A stretch of 64,000 bases of DNA. It comes from an uncultured Spirochaetota bacterium (GTDB lineage Bacteria > Spirochaetota > Spirochaetia > SZUA-6 > Fen-1364). The stretch is from the NCBI GenBank assembly GCA_963753085.1, contig CAVWBF010000020.1, positions 66,999 to 130,998 of the forward strand. Direction: 5' to 3'. The notes below the pieces were generated by a model. That model saw only the letters and a program-made list of their open reading frames with translations, was not told where the DNA came from and made no database searches. The translations under genes were made by a program, and so were the position numbers. Positions 1 through 8,786 of this stretch are shown one piece after another (the stretch's first letter is position 1; every line of letters begins with the position of its first letter).

Positions 1-396
1 CAGATCCTCGCCGCCAGCGACGAGCCGCTGGAGATCCGCCAGGAGGAGGTCCGGCTTTCAGGGTACGCCATGGAATGCCGCATCAACGCGCGCTCCGCCG
101 GCAAGGTCACCCGGTTCCACGTCCCCGGCGGCTTCGGGGTCCGCATGGACACGTTTCTCTACACCGGCTACACGGTTCCTCCGTGGTACGACCACCTGGT
201 TGCCAAGCTCATCGTGTCCGCCCGCTCGCGCCTGGAAGGGATCCGGCGGATGGAGAGCGCTCTGGCGGAGCTTGTCATCGAGGGGATCGCGACGAACATC
301 GAATCGCAGAAGAAAATCGTTTCCCACCCGACCTTCCGCAAGGGCGACTACGGAACAGGATTTCTCGGCGAGATCCAGAAGGAGGGCATCCTGTGA
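1..396 (+). CDS. accC: Biotin carboxylase (acetyl-CoA carboxylase), C-terminal fragment; 5' end lies outside the window
   Basis: Frame +1 is open from nt 1 to TGA 394-396. The translation (GYAMECRINA, VPPWYDHLVAKLIV, IATNIESQKKIVSHPTFRKGDYGTGFL) matches the conserved C-terminal biotin-carboxylase domain. It is followed directly by accD and accA. Confidence 0.85.
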   Translation, partial: QILAASDEPLEIRQEEVRLSGYAMECRINARSAGKVTRFHVPGGFGVRMDTFLYTGYTVPPWYDHLVAKLIVSARSRLEGIRRMESALAELVIEGIATNIESQKKIVSHPTFRKGDYGTGFLGEIQKEGIL

Positions 397-1265
397 TCAG
401 GTTCAACAGGATCGAAGGGTGGATCCGTGGGCTCACGGAGCACCCCGTGCAGGGAAAGCGCGATGAGCGTCTGTTCATCGACACGAAGAACTCGTGTCCC
501 TCCTGCCAGAGGCCGCTCAACGCCGCCGAGCTGGAGGCGAGCCTCTACGTGTGTCCCCACTGCGGTCACCATTTCCGTCTCACCGCCTGGGAGAGGATCC
601 GCCACACCGCGGATGAAGGGGTCTTCCAGGAGTTCTCCGCGGACCTCGAGTCCACCAACCCCCTGGAGTTCCCTGACTACGAGGAGAAGCTTGCCGCCGC
701 CGCGCGCAAGACGGGGGTGAAGGAAGCCGTGGTCACCGGGCTGTGCAAGGTGGCCGGCCGCGAGGTGGTGCTTGCCGTCATGGATTTCCGCTTCATCGGC
801 GGCAGCATGGGGTCCGTCGTGGGAGAAAAGATCATGCGGGCCATGCTCGTGGGGGCAGAGAAGAAGATTCCGGTCATCGTCTTCACCGCTTCGGGGGGCG
901 CGCGCATGCAGGAGGGGATCCTCTCCCTGATGCAGATGGCCAAGACCGCGGTCGCGACACAGGCGCTGGAGAAGAGCCGCTGCCCCTATTTCGTCGTGCT
1001 CACGGACCCCACCACGGCGGGCGTGCTCGCTTCATTCGCCATGCTGGGGGACGTGATCCTGGCCGAGCCGGGCGCCCTTATGCGGTTTGCAGGCGCGCGG
1101 GTCGTGGCGGGAACCATCCGGGAGAAAGTCCCCGACAACTTCCCGCATTCCCAGTATCACTTCGAAAGAGGGTTCATTGACCGCATCGTGCCCCGCGGAG
1201 AGCTGCGGAAGATCCTCGGCTTCCTTCTTTCGACGCACGCTGTGCCCCAGGGAGGAAAGGGATGA
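393..1265 (+). CDS. accD: Acetyl-CoA carboxylase carboxyltransferase subunit beta
   Basis: GTG 393 overlaps the accC stop (GTGA). N-terminal Zn ribbon CPSC-x15-CPHC, then the carboxyltransferase core (FRFIGGSMGSVVGEK, FTASGGARMQEG). The 396-aa track ORF starting at 75 runs through accC in another frame and is not used. Confidence 0.9.
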   Translation: MIRFNRIEGWIRGLTEHPVQGKRDERLFIDTKNSCPSCQRPLNAAELEASLYVCPHCGHHFRLTAWERIRHTADEGVFQEFSADLESTNPLEFPDYEEKLAAAARKTGVKEAVVTGLCKVAGREVVLAVMDFRFIGGSMGSVVGEKIMRAMLVGAEKKIPVIVFTASGGARMQEGILSLMQMAKTAVATQALEKSRCPYFVVLTDPTTAGVLASFAMLGDVILAEPGALMRFAGARVVAGTIREKVPDNFPHSQYHFERGFIDRIVPRGELRKILGFLLSTHAVPQGGKG

Positions 1266-2236
1266 GCGACAACCCGTTCCGCGAGAAGCTTGCGGAGCTC
1301 AAAGTCCTTGCCGACAAGGCGAACATGGACATCTCGCGGGAGCTGAATGCGCTCGAGGCCAGGCTCCGGCCCGCGGCACCCCCGCCTGTTTCCAGCGACG
1401 CCTGGAAGCGCGTGGAGCTTGCCCGTCATCCTGAAAGGCCGACAACCCTCCAGTACGCGGAAAAGATATTCGATGATTTCCTGGAGCTGCACGGAGACCG
1501 CACGTTCGGAGATGACCCTGCCATGGTGGGCGGCATCGGGCTCCTGAGCGGACGGCCGGTGACGTTCTTCGGCCACCAGAAGGGCCGCAACATGAAGGAC
1601 AACATCAAGAGGAACTTCGGAATGGCTCACCCCGAGGGGTACCGCAAGGCCCTCCGCCTGGCAAAGCAGGCAGTGAAGTTCGACCGCCCCATCCTCACGT
1701 TCATCGATACCCCGGGCGCCTACCCCGGTGTGTCCGGAGAAGACAGGGGAATCAGCCAGGCAATCGCGACCAACATGAAGGAGTTTGCCGAGCTTCCCGT
1801 TCCCATCATTGCCACGGTCCTGGGAGAGGGAGGATCCGGCGGAGCCATTGGGATCGGGCTTGCTGATATCATCCTCATGATGGAGAACGCGTACTATTCC
1901 GTCATCACCCCCGAGGGCTGCGCCTCCATCCTGCTTCGGGATTCGAGCAAGGCGCCGCTTTCCGCCCAGCTCCTGCGCCTGACGCCGAAAGACCTCCTGG
2001 ACTTTCGGGTGATAGACCGGATCGTGAAGGAGCCGCCGGGCGGCGCGCACAAGGACGTCGACTCGGCCGCCGCCACGCTCAAGTCCGACATCCTCAAGGC
2101 CCTTGGAGTCGTGCAGCGCCGCAGCGTGGAGTCGATGCTCTCCCAGCGCCACGAGAGGTTCCTGAGCCTGGGCGTTTTCCAGGAACAGGAGCCCGCCCGC
2201 AAGGGGTTTCTCCAGCGCCTGCGGGAGTTCTTTTAG
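1262..2236 (+). CDS. accA: Acetyl-CoA carboxylase carboxyltransferase subunit alpha
   Basis: ATG 1262 overlaps the accD stop (ATGA). 324 aa with HPERPTTLQY, FIDTPGAYPG and GEGGSGGA motifs typical of AccA. Confidence 0.92.
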   Translation: MSDNPFREKLAELKVLADKANMDISRELNALEARLRPAAPPPVSSDAWKRVELARHPERPTTLQYAEKIFDDFLELHGDRTFGDDPAMVGGIGLLSGRPVTFFGHQKGRNMKDNIKRNFGMAHPEGYRKALRLAKQAVKFDRPILTFIDTPGAYPGVSGEDRGISQAIATNMKEFAELPVPIIATVLGEGGSGGAIGIGLADIILMMENAYYSVITPEGCASILLRDSSKAPLSAQLLRLTPKDLLDFRVIDRIVKEPPGGAHKDVDSAAATLKSDILKALGVVQRRSVESMLSQRHERFLSLGVFQEQEPARKGFLQRLREFF

Positions 2237-2237
2237 G

Positions 2238-3437
2238 TTACTGGATTATTCCGAGCTTCTTTGCGGCCTTTCCCGCCACATCCAGGATCTGGTCCAGCTC
2301 CTCGTCCGTGTGGATTGCCATGTACGAGGTGCGGATGAGCGTGCTGTCAGGCGGAACGGCCGGGCTGAGAATAGGATTCGTGAACACGCCGCCATCGAAG
2401 AGCGCGCGCCAGAAGAGCAGCGTCTTCTCGAAATCACGGACCAGGAGCGGAACGATGGGGGTCTCCGCGGTCCCCACGTCGAAGCCCAGGGACTTGAAGC
2501 CGGCAAGCATCTTGCGTCCGATCTTCTGGAGGCGCTGAACGCGCTCGGGCTCTTTTTCGATGATGTCCAGGCAGGCGCTCACCGACGCGATTGTCGCGGG
2601 AGGCATGCTTGCCGCAAAGAGCAGCGGCCGGGCAAAATGCTTGATGTAATCGATCACCTCGTCTTCCCCGGCAATGAACCCGCCCAGAGACCCGAATGAT
2701 TTCGAGAACGTGCACATCACGACGTCGGTCTTGTCCTTGACCCCGTAGTGCTCCTCCGTGCCCCGTCCGTTTGATCCCAGCACGCCGATGGCGTGGGCCT
2801 CGTCCAGGTACAGCCGGGCGCCGTACTTCTTGCACAGGTCGTGCATCTGAGGGAGCTTCACGATGTCCCCTTCCATGCTGAAGACGCCGTCGGTGACCAC
2901 CAGCTTGGGAGCGTCGTGAGGCTCCTTGGAGAGGAACTTTTCCAGGCTCCCCATGTCGTTGTGCTGGTAGCGGTGGACCTTCACCTTGCCGCGCATGCCG
3001 GTGGCCAGGAAAATCCCGTCCATGATGGAAGCGTGGTTGAGCTTGTCCGAGAAGACATGTTCATCCTTGCCCAGGAGCGCCGAGATTGCCCCGAGGTTGG
3101 TCTGGTAGCCGGTGGTGAAGCACAGCGCCCTCTGCTTCCCCACGAACCGCGCAAGATGGTCTTCCAGCTCCTCGTGAAGCGCCAGGGTCCCGTTGAGAAA
3201 GCGCGAGCCGGAGCAGCTCGTTCCCCACTTTTTTGTGGCGGCAATCGCGGCTTCCTTCACGCGGGGATCCCATGAGAGGCCAAGGTAGTTGTTGGAACCC
3301 GCCATGATGAGCTCCTTGCCCTCCATGATCACGCGGGTTCCTCGACTCTCCTGGATCGGTTTGAAGTATGGATAGATGCCTTTTTCCTGGGCCTCCCGGG
3401 CGTCACCCCAAGAATAGCATTTCTCGAATATGTCCAA
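2238..3437 (-). CDS. PLP-dependent alpha-oxoamine synthase, serine palmitoyltransferase-like (BioF/Kbl family not excluded)
   Basis: 399 aa; TTG start with GGGAGG 5 nt upstream. Motifs GSRFLNGT, DGVFSMEGD, DEAH and TFSKSFG (PLP lysine). The N-terminus GIYPYFKPI and the GSRFLNGT motif resemble bacterial SPT as I remember it, more than BioF or Kbl. Confidence 0.65.
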   Translation of the reverse strand: MDIFEKCYSWGDAREAQEKGIYPYFKPIQESRGTRVIMEGKELIMAGSNNYLGLSWDPRVKEAAIAATKKWGTSCSGSRFLNGTLALHEELEDHLARFVGKQRALCFTTGYQTNLGAISALLGKDEHVFSDKLNHASIMDGIFLATGMRGKVKVHRYQHNDMGSLEKFLSKEPHDAPKLVVTDGVFSMEGDIVKLPQMHDLCKKYGARLYLDEAHAIGVLGSNGRGTEEHYGVKDKTDVVMCTFSKSFGSLGGFIAGEDEVIDYIKHFARPLLFAASMPPATIASVSACLDIIEKEPERVQRLQKIGRKMLAGFKSLGFDVGTAETPIVPLLVRDFEKTLLFWRALFDGGVFTNPILSPAVPPDSTLIRTSYMAIHTDEELDQILDVAGKAAKKLGIIQ

Positions 3438-3529
3438 GTCGGCCTCCCTCTGGGCGGATTTTGGCTACAGTGATACAACGCGGGAGCCCGGCGTGTAAAG
3501 GCGTGGAGGAGGATACGTTTCGCTGAGAA

Positions 3530-4150
3530 TTACATGCTCAGAATTTTGTCGAAAAGGTCCATCCGCGAGCTGCTGGTCCAGTCCGTGCCGTCGAACCCGA
3601 CGATACGAGCTATCACTCTTCCCGAACGGTCCAGCAGATAATTGGTCGGGATGCTGCTCGCTCCCCAGGCGGAGCCGACTGAGGCATTCCCGTCCAGCAG
3701 GATCGGAAAAGTCAATTTGTTCTCCTTGACGAACTGCGTCACTTTTCCTTTTTCTTCTGCCAGGTCTACAGCCAGCACGACGAGTCCCCGGCTGGAGAGC
3801 TTCTGGTAGAGAGCCTCGATGGACGGCAGTTCCTGCTTGCAGGGGCCGCACCATGTGGCCCAGAAACTGAGGAAAACAACCTTGCCCTTGAATGAGCTGA
3901 GGCTTGCCTTGGACCCGTCAAGGTTTGCGAGTGTAAAGTCGTCCGCGGCAAAAGGCTTGGCCGGAACGGCGAACCCTGATTTCCTCAATTGGTCCACGAG
4001 GGACCCCGGCAGTGTGGCGGGTGGAGGCGCGGACTGGGCCGCGGCAGGCGCTGCCGAGCTCTCTTTGTGAGAACAGGACGCAAGCATCACAACCGCCGCA
4101 AGCCCCAGCGCGAAACCCGCAAAGGACCGAGATCTGATTCTTTGCCTCAT
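3530..4150 (-). CDS. TlpA/ResA-family thiol-disulfide oxidoreductase lipoprotein
   Basis: 206 aa. Signal peptide with lipobox LASC, thioredoxin motif WATWCGPCK. ATG overlaps the stop of the upstream CPBP gene (ATGA at 4147-4150). Confidence 0.85.
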   Translation of the reverse strand: MRQRIRSRSFAGFALGLAAVVMLASCSHKESSAAPAAAQSAPPPATLPGSLVDQLRKSGFAVPAKPFAADDFTLANLDGSKASLSSFKGKVVFLSFWATWCGPCKQELPSIEALYQKLSSRGLVVLAVDLAEEKGKVTQFVKENKLTFPILLDGNASVGSAWGASSIPTNYLLDRSGRVIARIVGFDGTDWTSSSRMDLFDKILSM

Positions 4151-4872
4151 CTCTGAAGAAACTTACCGATTTCGGTCGCGTTCGACAACGGAGAAGAATG
4201 CAGAAGACTCAAGGAAAGCACGGTAGCGTTGTACAAGCCATGAGCGATGGCAATGACGTGCAGGCTCCGCCGCCTCAGGTACACGGCGGCAAAGAGCACG
4301 CCGAGTGCCGCGGCGGTTGCGAGCCCCAGGGGACCCTCGTAGGCGTGTCCCGCGCAGAACAGGAGCGTGGAGACAGCCACGGACAGCACAACGGGGAACC
4401 CGAGCTGATCCAGCCGTTTCAGCAAGTACGACCGGAAAAAAAACTCTTCGCGATAGCCCGCAACGAGCCCGAAGAAAACCGCCAGGGGGATCTGGGACGG
4501 GCTCGCGAGCCGCCATCGAAATCCTCCCGCGAGGTACTTTGTCACGTTTGAAGGGAGAGTCAGGATGAGAAACGCAAACGGAGCAAAAATGGCGAAACAT
4601 GCCAGCAGCAGAAGTACGACGCGCAGGATGTCGGCGGCGTTGAACGGAACAAAACCCCACGGGGCCATCGCCCCGTCACCGGAAAGGCTCGCGATATAAG
4701 CCAGGAGAAGAAATTGAGGGACCCCCACGATGATCGATTGAAGCATCACCGACGAGCCGATTGCTCCGCGGGCGGAAATGCCGCCCTGGGAAAGGTATCC
4801 GGGGAGGAAGAAAGCGAGAAAGCAAAGAACCATTTCCAGAAGGATTCGCGCCGGCCTCATGGTGTGCAGCAT
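4147..4872 (-). CDS. CPBP-family intramembrane glutamic endopeptidase (CAAX protease-like)
   Basis: Multi-TM protein with REEFFFRS (EExxxR), FCAGH (FxxxH) and HGLYN (HxxxN) motifs. The 387-aa track ORF is over-extended across the divergent region. ATG at 4872 or 4860 is the likely start (ambiguous, no clear SD). Confidence 0.75.
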   Translation of the reverse strand: MLHTMRPARILLEMVLCFLAFFLPGYLSQGGISARGAIGSSVMLQSIIVGVPQFLLLAYIASLSGDGAMAPWGFVPFNAADILRVVLLLLACFAIFAPFAFLILTLPSNVTKYLAGGFRWRLASPSQIPLAVFFGLVAGYREEFFFRSYLLKRLDQLGFPVVLSVAVSTLLFCAGHAYEGPLGLATAAALGVLFAAVYLRRRSLHVIAIAHGLYNATVLSLSLLHSSPLSNATEIGKFLQR

Positions 4873-4891
4873 ACGAAATTGGTGGAAATAT

Positions 4892-5032
4892 ATGCTCTTT
4901 TTCGCGATAATAATAGCTGAAATTATGGTATTTGCGATTGTTATCCTCGCCATTGCATTTTTTGTCATATTCACTCTCATCATCCTGCGCCGGGCCGGGG
5001 CGGAAGATTCCCCTGGCTGCAGTTCTACCTGA
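4892..5032 (+). CDS. Short ORF encoding one transmembrane helix; probably the displaced 5' end of the PilZ gene (frameshift)
   Basis: ATG 4892 is preceded by GGTGGA at 4881-4886. It encodes MLFFAIIIAEIMVFAIVILAIAFFVIFTLIILRRAG.. and stops at 5030-5032. The PilZ reading frame is already open from 4921 and reads protein-like upstream of its first start codon. Confidence 0.35.
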   Translation: MLFFAIIIAEIMVFAIVILAIAFFVIFTLIILRRAGAEDSPGCSST

Positions 5033-5073
5033 AGGGCCGGGAATCCGGCTTCGAGTTCCACGAGATCAATCTG

Positions 5074-6036
5074 TTGCGGCGGGTGGCTGTCGAGTCGAAG
5101 CTGGAGAATCCAACCTCGCTGTTCTGGTCCATGAAGCAGCTGGACCGCTCCATCAAGGGTATCATCGTCCGATATCGCGCGCGTTCCCTGGAGCAGGATC
5201 CCGAATACAATCGGCTCCTGCAGAAGCTCTTCGAGCTTCGAAAGAAGATGGAGTTCGAGCAGCCCAAGTACAAGGTCGGGATCAAGAGCACGCGCAAGCT
5301 CCTGCCGCATCAGTCGCTGAGGATCATGCTGCCGGGGCTCGGCCCTTTCAGCTCCATGATCCTCGAGAACCTGGGCCGCTACCTTGCCATCCAGTATCCG
5401 CAGGGGCCCAAGCTTCCCGACGGCTTCTCATGGAAAAACCAGAAGATCAGCGTCACTTTCTGGCGTGCGGAAGATGCCGGCTATTTTTTCCAGACAAAGG
5501 TGCTCCAGGATTTCCTGGACCAGCAGCACCCCATCCTCCACGTCCTGCATTCCGACAACCTCGTGCGGACACAGAAGCGCAACTCGGTCCGGGTGGAGAC
5601 GGACCTGAGCGCAGAGCTTTTCCCCATGAAGTCCATCGAGATGGCCAGCGAGAACCCCGAGCAGGGGAGGGGGCTGCGCTGCAAGCTCATGGACATCTCG
5701 GAGGGCGGCTGCGGGGTGCTCATCGGCGGCAAGGCGAAAGTCGGCCTCCCGCTGAAGCTGCAATTCTCCATCGGAGAGCAGACCATCGTCATGAGCGGGG
5801 TCGTGAAGGGGATCAATTACGATGAGAAGAAGAGCCGTTCCATCCTCCACGTGCAGGCCGTGCCGCCCAGCGCGGCAATGAGAAACAAGCTTCTGACGTA
5901 CGTGTACAATCTTTTCGGAGAGCGGGAGACCGTCGGCCCTCCGCGGAAAGTGGATGCAACCAGCCGGGAAAGCAAGCCCGAGGGCATCATGCTCAAGGCG
6001 ACGCCTCCCAAGCCCAACCAGGCTTCCAGGAACTGA
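5074..6036 (+). CDS. PilZ-domain c-di-GMP receptor (YcgR-like two-barrel architecture)
   Basis: 320 aa from TTG 5074. Motifs QKRNSVR (RxxxR) and DISEGGCG (DxSxxG). The upstream in-frame sequence (FPWLQFYLKGRESGFEFHEINLL) lacks ATG/GTG, so the true N-terminus is probably the 4892 ORF joined by a 1-nt frame change near 4990-5010. Confidence 0.8.
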   Translation: MRRVAVESKLENPTSLFWSMKQLDRSIKGIIVRYRARSLEQDPEYNRLLQKLFELRKKMEFEQPKYKVGIKSTRKLLPHQSLRIMLPGLGPFSSMILENLGRYLAIQYPQGPKLPDGFSWKNQKISVTFWRAEDAGYFFQTKVLQDFLDQQHPILHVLHSDNLVRTQKRNSVRVETDLSAELFPMKSIEMASENPEQGRGLRCKLMDISEGGCGVLIGGKAKVGLPLKLQFSIGEQTIVMSGVVKGINYDEKKSRSILHVQAVPPSAAMRNKLLTYVYNLFGERETVGPPRKVDATSRESKPEGIMLKATPPKPNQASRN

Positions 6037-6104
6037 AACGCCCGACTCGATTGCCATTTGGATCGAGTCCCGATAGTATCAAGCAATCCCGGAGGAAGAT
6101 GGAA

Positions 6105-7292
6105 ATGAAACGTGCATTCTGGATCCTGGTTGCCCTTGTCCTTCCGCTCATGTCCGCACAGGCGCAGGAAGCAAGCAGGATACTGGATACCTTCAAGCGC
6201 AATTTCGCCATCGCCAGCCTGGACGTGAAGATCCAGATACTCCAGGACGCGGCAGGCGGCAAGAATGCGGCCGACATGGGACCCTTATACGAACAGGCCC
6301 TGGAGTTCGTGACCGACAACGGCTCCCTCGTGGCAAGTGATCCCCGCTTCAACCAGCTGGCAGCCATCGCGGCGGAGCAGGTGGGCATCGTCAAGTACGT
6401 GCCGGCAAAGGACTCTCTCTGGAAGCTCTTCCAGATCAACGCGGACAGCCAGACCCTGCAGAAAGCGGCAGGCGCACTGGGGGTGGTCGGCGCCGGAGAT
6501 GCGGATATCATCGCCAACCTCAACCACTACGTGGACACCCAGAACAACATTTTTGCCGCCGGCTCGCAGACCGATATGGTCGTGGTGGCCGCCTCCATCG
6601 CGGCGCTGGGAAAGCTGGGGGACCCGTCTTCCTTCCCCATCCTTTTCACGGCGATGAACCTCGGATACACGGACAGGGTCAGCGTGATTGCAAAAGATGC
6701 GCTGCTTTCCGTCAAGGGTGATTTCCAGAGCCTCCTGACCGGCGTGATCAAGGACCGTCCGCTTTCAGAAAAGAAGCTGGCGCTGCAGATGGCGCTGGAC
6801 ACCGACAAGCTGGGAAGCGATCAGAAGGCCCAGGTGGCCCAGTTTGCCCTCGATGTCAGCCTCCACACGAGCACCGCTGACGTGGCAACCAGGAACGGCT
6901 TTCGGGACATGAGGTTCGTCGCGGCGCGGGCCCTGGGAGACAGGAAGTGGGCTCCGGCAGCGTCCCTTCTTATCGAGCACCTGGACACGACGATCGGCGA
7001 GTTCGACAAGGGGCTCGTGGACACGAACCACCTCCTGGACGCAATCGATGAGGTGGGAGCAACCGGGACGCACGATGCGGCGGTGAGGCTGACCCAGTAC
7101 CTGGTGCTCATCAACTCGTACACGGAGAAGGGCAAGGCGTACGATGAGAAAGTGGTCACCACCATCCTCAACTCCCTCGGGGTGCTCGGGGACAAGGTGG
7201 CATTTGACGACCTGATGTACACGCAATATCTCAATTACTCCACGGCCGTGAAAAAGGCCGCGCGCGCGGCGCTCGACAAGCTGAAGTGGTAA
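6105..7292 (+). CDS. Secreted HEAT-like (PBS-lyase type) repeat protein
   Basis: GGAGGA at 6091-6096 lies 8 nt before ATG 6105 (ATG 6099 is an alternative). Signal peptide MKRAFWILVALVLPLMSAQAQ. Recurrent LGxLGDxxxxxxL motifs (LGKLGDPSSFPILF, ALGDRKWAPAASLL, LGVLGDKVAFDDL). Confidence 0.7.
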   Translation: MKRAFWILVALVLPLMSAQAQEASRILDTFKRNFAIASLDVKIQILQDAAGGKNAADMGPLYEQALEFVTDNGSLVASDPRFNQLAAIAAEQVGIVKYVPAKDSLWKLFQINADSQTLQKAAGALGVVGAGDADIIANLNHYVDTQNNIFAAGSQTDMVVVAASIAALGKLGDPSSFPILFTAMNLGYTDRVSVIAKDALLSVKGDFQSLLTGVIKDRPLSEKKLALQMALDTDKLGSDQKAQVAQFALDVSLHTSTADVATRNGFRDMRFVAARALGDRKWAPAASLLIEHLDTTIGEFDKGLVDTNHLLDAIDEVGATGTHDAAVRLTQYLVLINSYTEKGKAYDEKVVTTILNSLGVLGDKVAFDDLMYTQYLNYSTAVKKAARAALDKLKW

Positions 7293-7310
7293 GGGCCGGC
7301 GCGGCTTCTC

Positions 7311-8786
7311 ATGCTGCGCAGGCACTTCACCCCCGCCGTCGTCGCCTTCCTCTCCCTGCTGGCCTGCTGCCTGCTCTCCCGTCACCTTGCTGGCCGTGAG
7401 GGAATCCTCATCGCAGCCTTCGCAGCGTGCAGCGCCGCGGGGATTGTCGTGGTGGCATCAGCTCCACGCAGCGCCCGACGTTCGGGCTGCCTCATTCTTG
7501 CGGCGGGCATCGGCTGCGTCCTGGGTCTCTGGTCACTGCAGCGGATGGCCGGTGAGCACAGCGCCTCGTACCTTCCCTTCCAGGAAAAAGAGATTTCGGG
7601 CTTCTCGGGGTTCCTGACCCAGGACAGCGTTCTGTCCTCCCGGGGAGATACCATCCTGCGTCTTTCCCTGAGGGATGCAACCTCGCGGATCCGCGGCGTC
7701 ACCTCCAGCGCCCGCGGACGAGTGCTGGTCCGCGTGAGCGGAGATTATCGATTCTCGACCGGGCAGGAGGTCTCGTTTTCAGGGGGGCTTGCGAGACGGG
7801 AGCTGGAAACCGGGGAAAGCTTCACTGCCTTTGTGGAGAGAAAAGACCTGGAGCGTCGGAGTTACTCCTCTGTCCTCTGGGCTGCCAGGGCGGGCGTTCG
7901 GGACTGGGTGCACGGGGCGCTATCGGGGGCTGGCTACCCGGCATCCGCCCTCATGGAGGCGCTCCTCGTCGGTGCCAGGGAGGATGTCCCAGACGATCTC
8001 CACGAGGGATTTCGCAGGACGGGCAGCCTTCACATCCTGGCGCTCTCGGGTCTGCACGTCGGTGTCCTGTACGCGCTTCTCCTGGCGCTCCTGGGGTTCC
8101 TCCGCGGAAGGGCGCTCAAGCTTGTGATTGTCACGCTTGTCCTGGCATTCTACCAGTTGCTCGCCGGGTTCATGCCTTCGCTGATGCGAGCAACTGTCAT
8201 GATCGTCATCGGGGGCGCAGGAATGCTTCTTGACCGCGATGCCGAGCCCATCAACCTGCTCGCTGTCGCCGGCATCGCAGAGCTGCTTGCAAGCCCCTTC
8301 GACGCGTTCTCACTGTCGTTCCAGCTGTCCTACCTTGCTCTTGGCGGGATCCTCGTGGTCGGCCCGGTAGTCCAAAGGGCGCTTCAGAGTCACGTGCCGC
8401 GATTCGTTCTTCTGCCGCTTGCAATGTCGGTGGGCGCGCAGGTAGCCACGTTTCCCCTGGTGGCCGTGCGGTTTGGCATCTACTACCCTTCGGGGCTCCT
8501 TGCAGGGCTGGTTCTCGTTCCTCTCACGACCGTCGTGCTTTGGGGGGCCCTTGCCTGGCTTGTCGTGTTTGCCGTTCCCTCGCCATTTCTGCACGACCTC
8601 GGCGCCCAGGGCTTTTCCATCCTGTATCGCGTGATCGCGGAATCGGCCGCTGCCTTTGGACGGCTGCCGGGGGTGCCAATGGCCCCCACGGACCTCCCGT
8701 GGGTAATCATCGGTTGGGCCGCTTTCGCGACATGCCTCGCATTCCTGCTGCCTTTCCGCCGCCGCGCGGCAGCGAGCGTGCTTTGA
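7311..8786 (+). CDS. comEC: ComEC/Rec2-family DNA internalisation channel protein (no beta-lactamase-fold domain seen)
   Basis: 491-aa polytopic membrane protein with the family motif HILALSGLHVGVL. Confidence 0.8.
   Translation: MLRRHFTPAVVAFLSLLACCLLSRHLAGREGILIAAFAACSAAGIVVVASAPRSARRSGCLILAAGIGCVLGLWSLQRMAGEHSASYLPFQEKEISGFSGFLTQDSVLSSRGDTILRLSLRDATSRIRGVTSSARGRVLVRVSGDYRFSTGQEVSFSGGLARRELETGESFTAFVERKDLERRSYSSVLWAARAGVRDWVHGALSGAGYPASALMEALLVGAREDVPDDLHEGFRRTGSLHILALSGLHVGVLYALLLALLGFLRGRALKLVIVTLVLAFYQLLAGFMPSLMRATVMIVIGGAGMLLDRDAEPINLLAVAGIAELLASPFDAFSLSFQLSYLALGGILVVGPVVQRALQSHVPRFVLLPLAMSVGAQVATFPLVAVRFGIYYPSGLLAGLVLVPLTTVVLWGALAWLVVFAVPSPFLHDLGAQGFSILYRVIAESAAAFGRLPGVPMAPTDLPWVIIGWAAFATCLAFLLPFRRRAAASVL

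Noticed and set aside
75-1265. 396-aa version of accD, and similar N-terminal over-extensions (dapA 10610, pta 12454, metF 23436, cdaR 62174, ATPase 51890, katG 21035).
   Set aside because: The extensions overlap the preceding gene or regulatory hairpins and promoters. Conserved N-termini with an SD or 4-nt coupling lie downstream.
1157-2152. Long antisense ORFs opposite well-supported genes. Examples: 1157..2152, 12369..13508, 16804..17967, 18759..19862, 40538..41800, 53095..54384, 54834..56411, 58163..59290, 60669..62315.
   Set aside because: These are typical stop-codon-poor shadow frames of a GC-rich genome. Their translations are Arg/Gly/Pro/His-rich with no motifs, while the sense-strand genes have clear family signatures.
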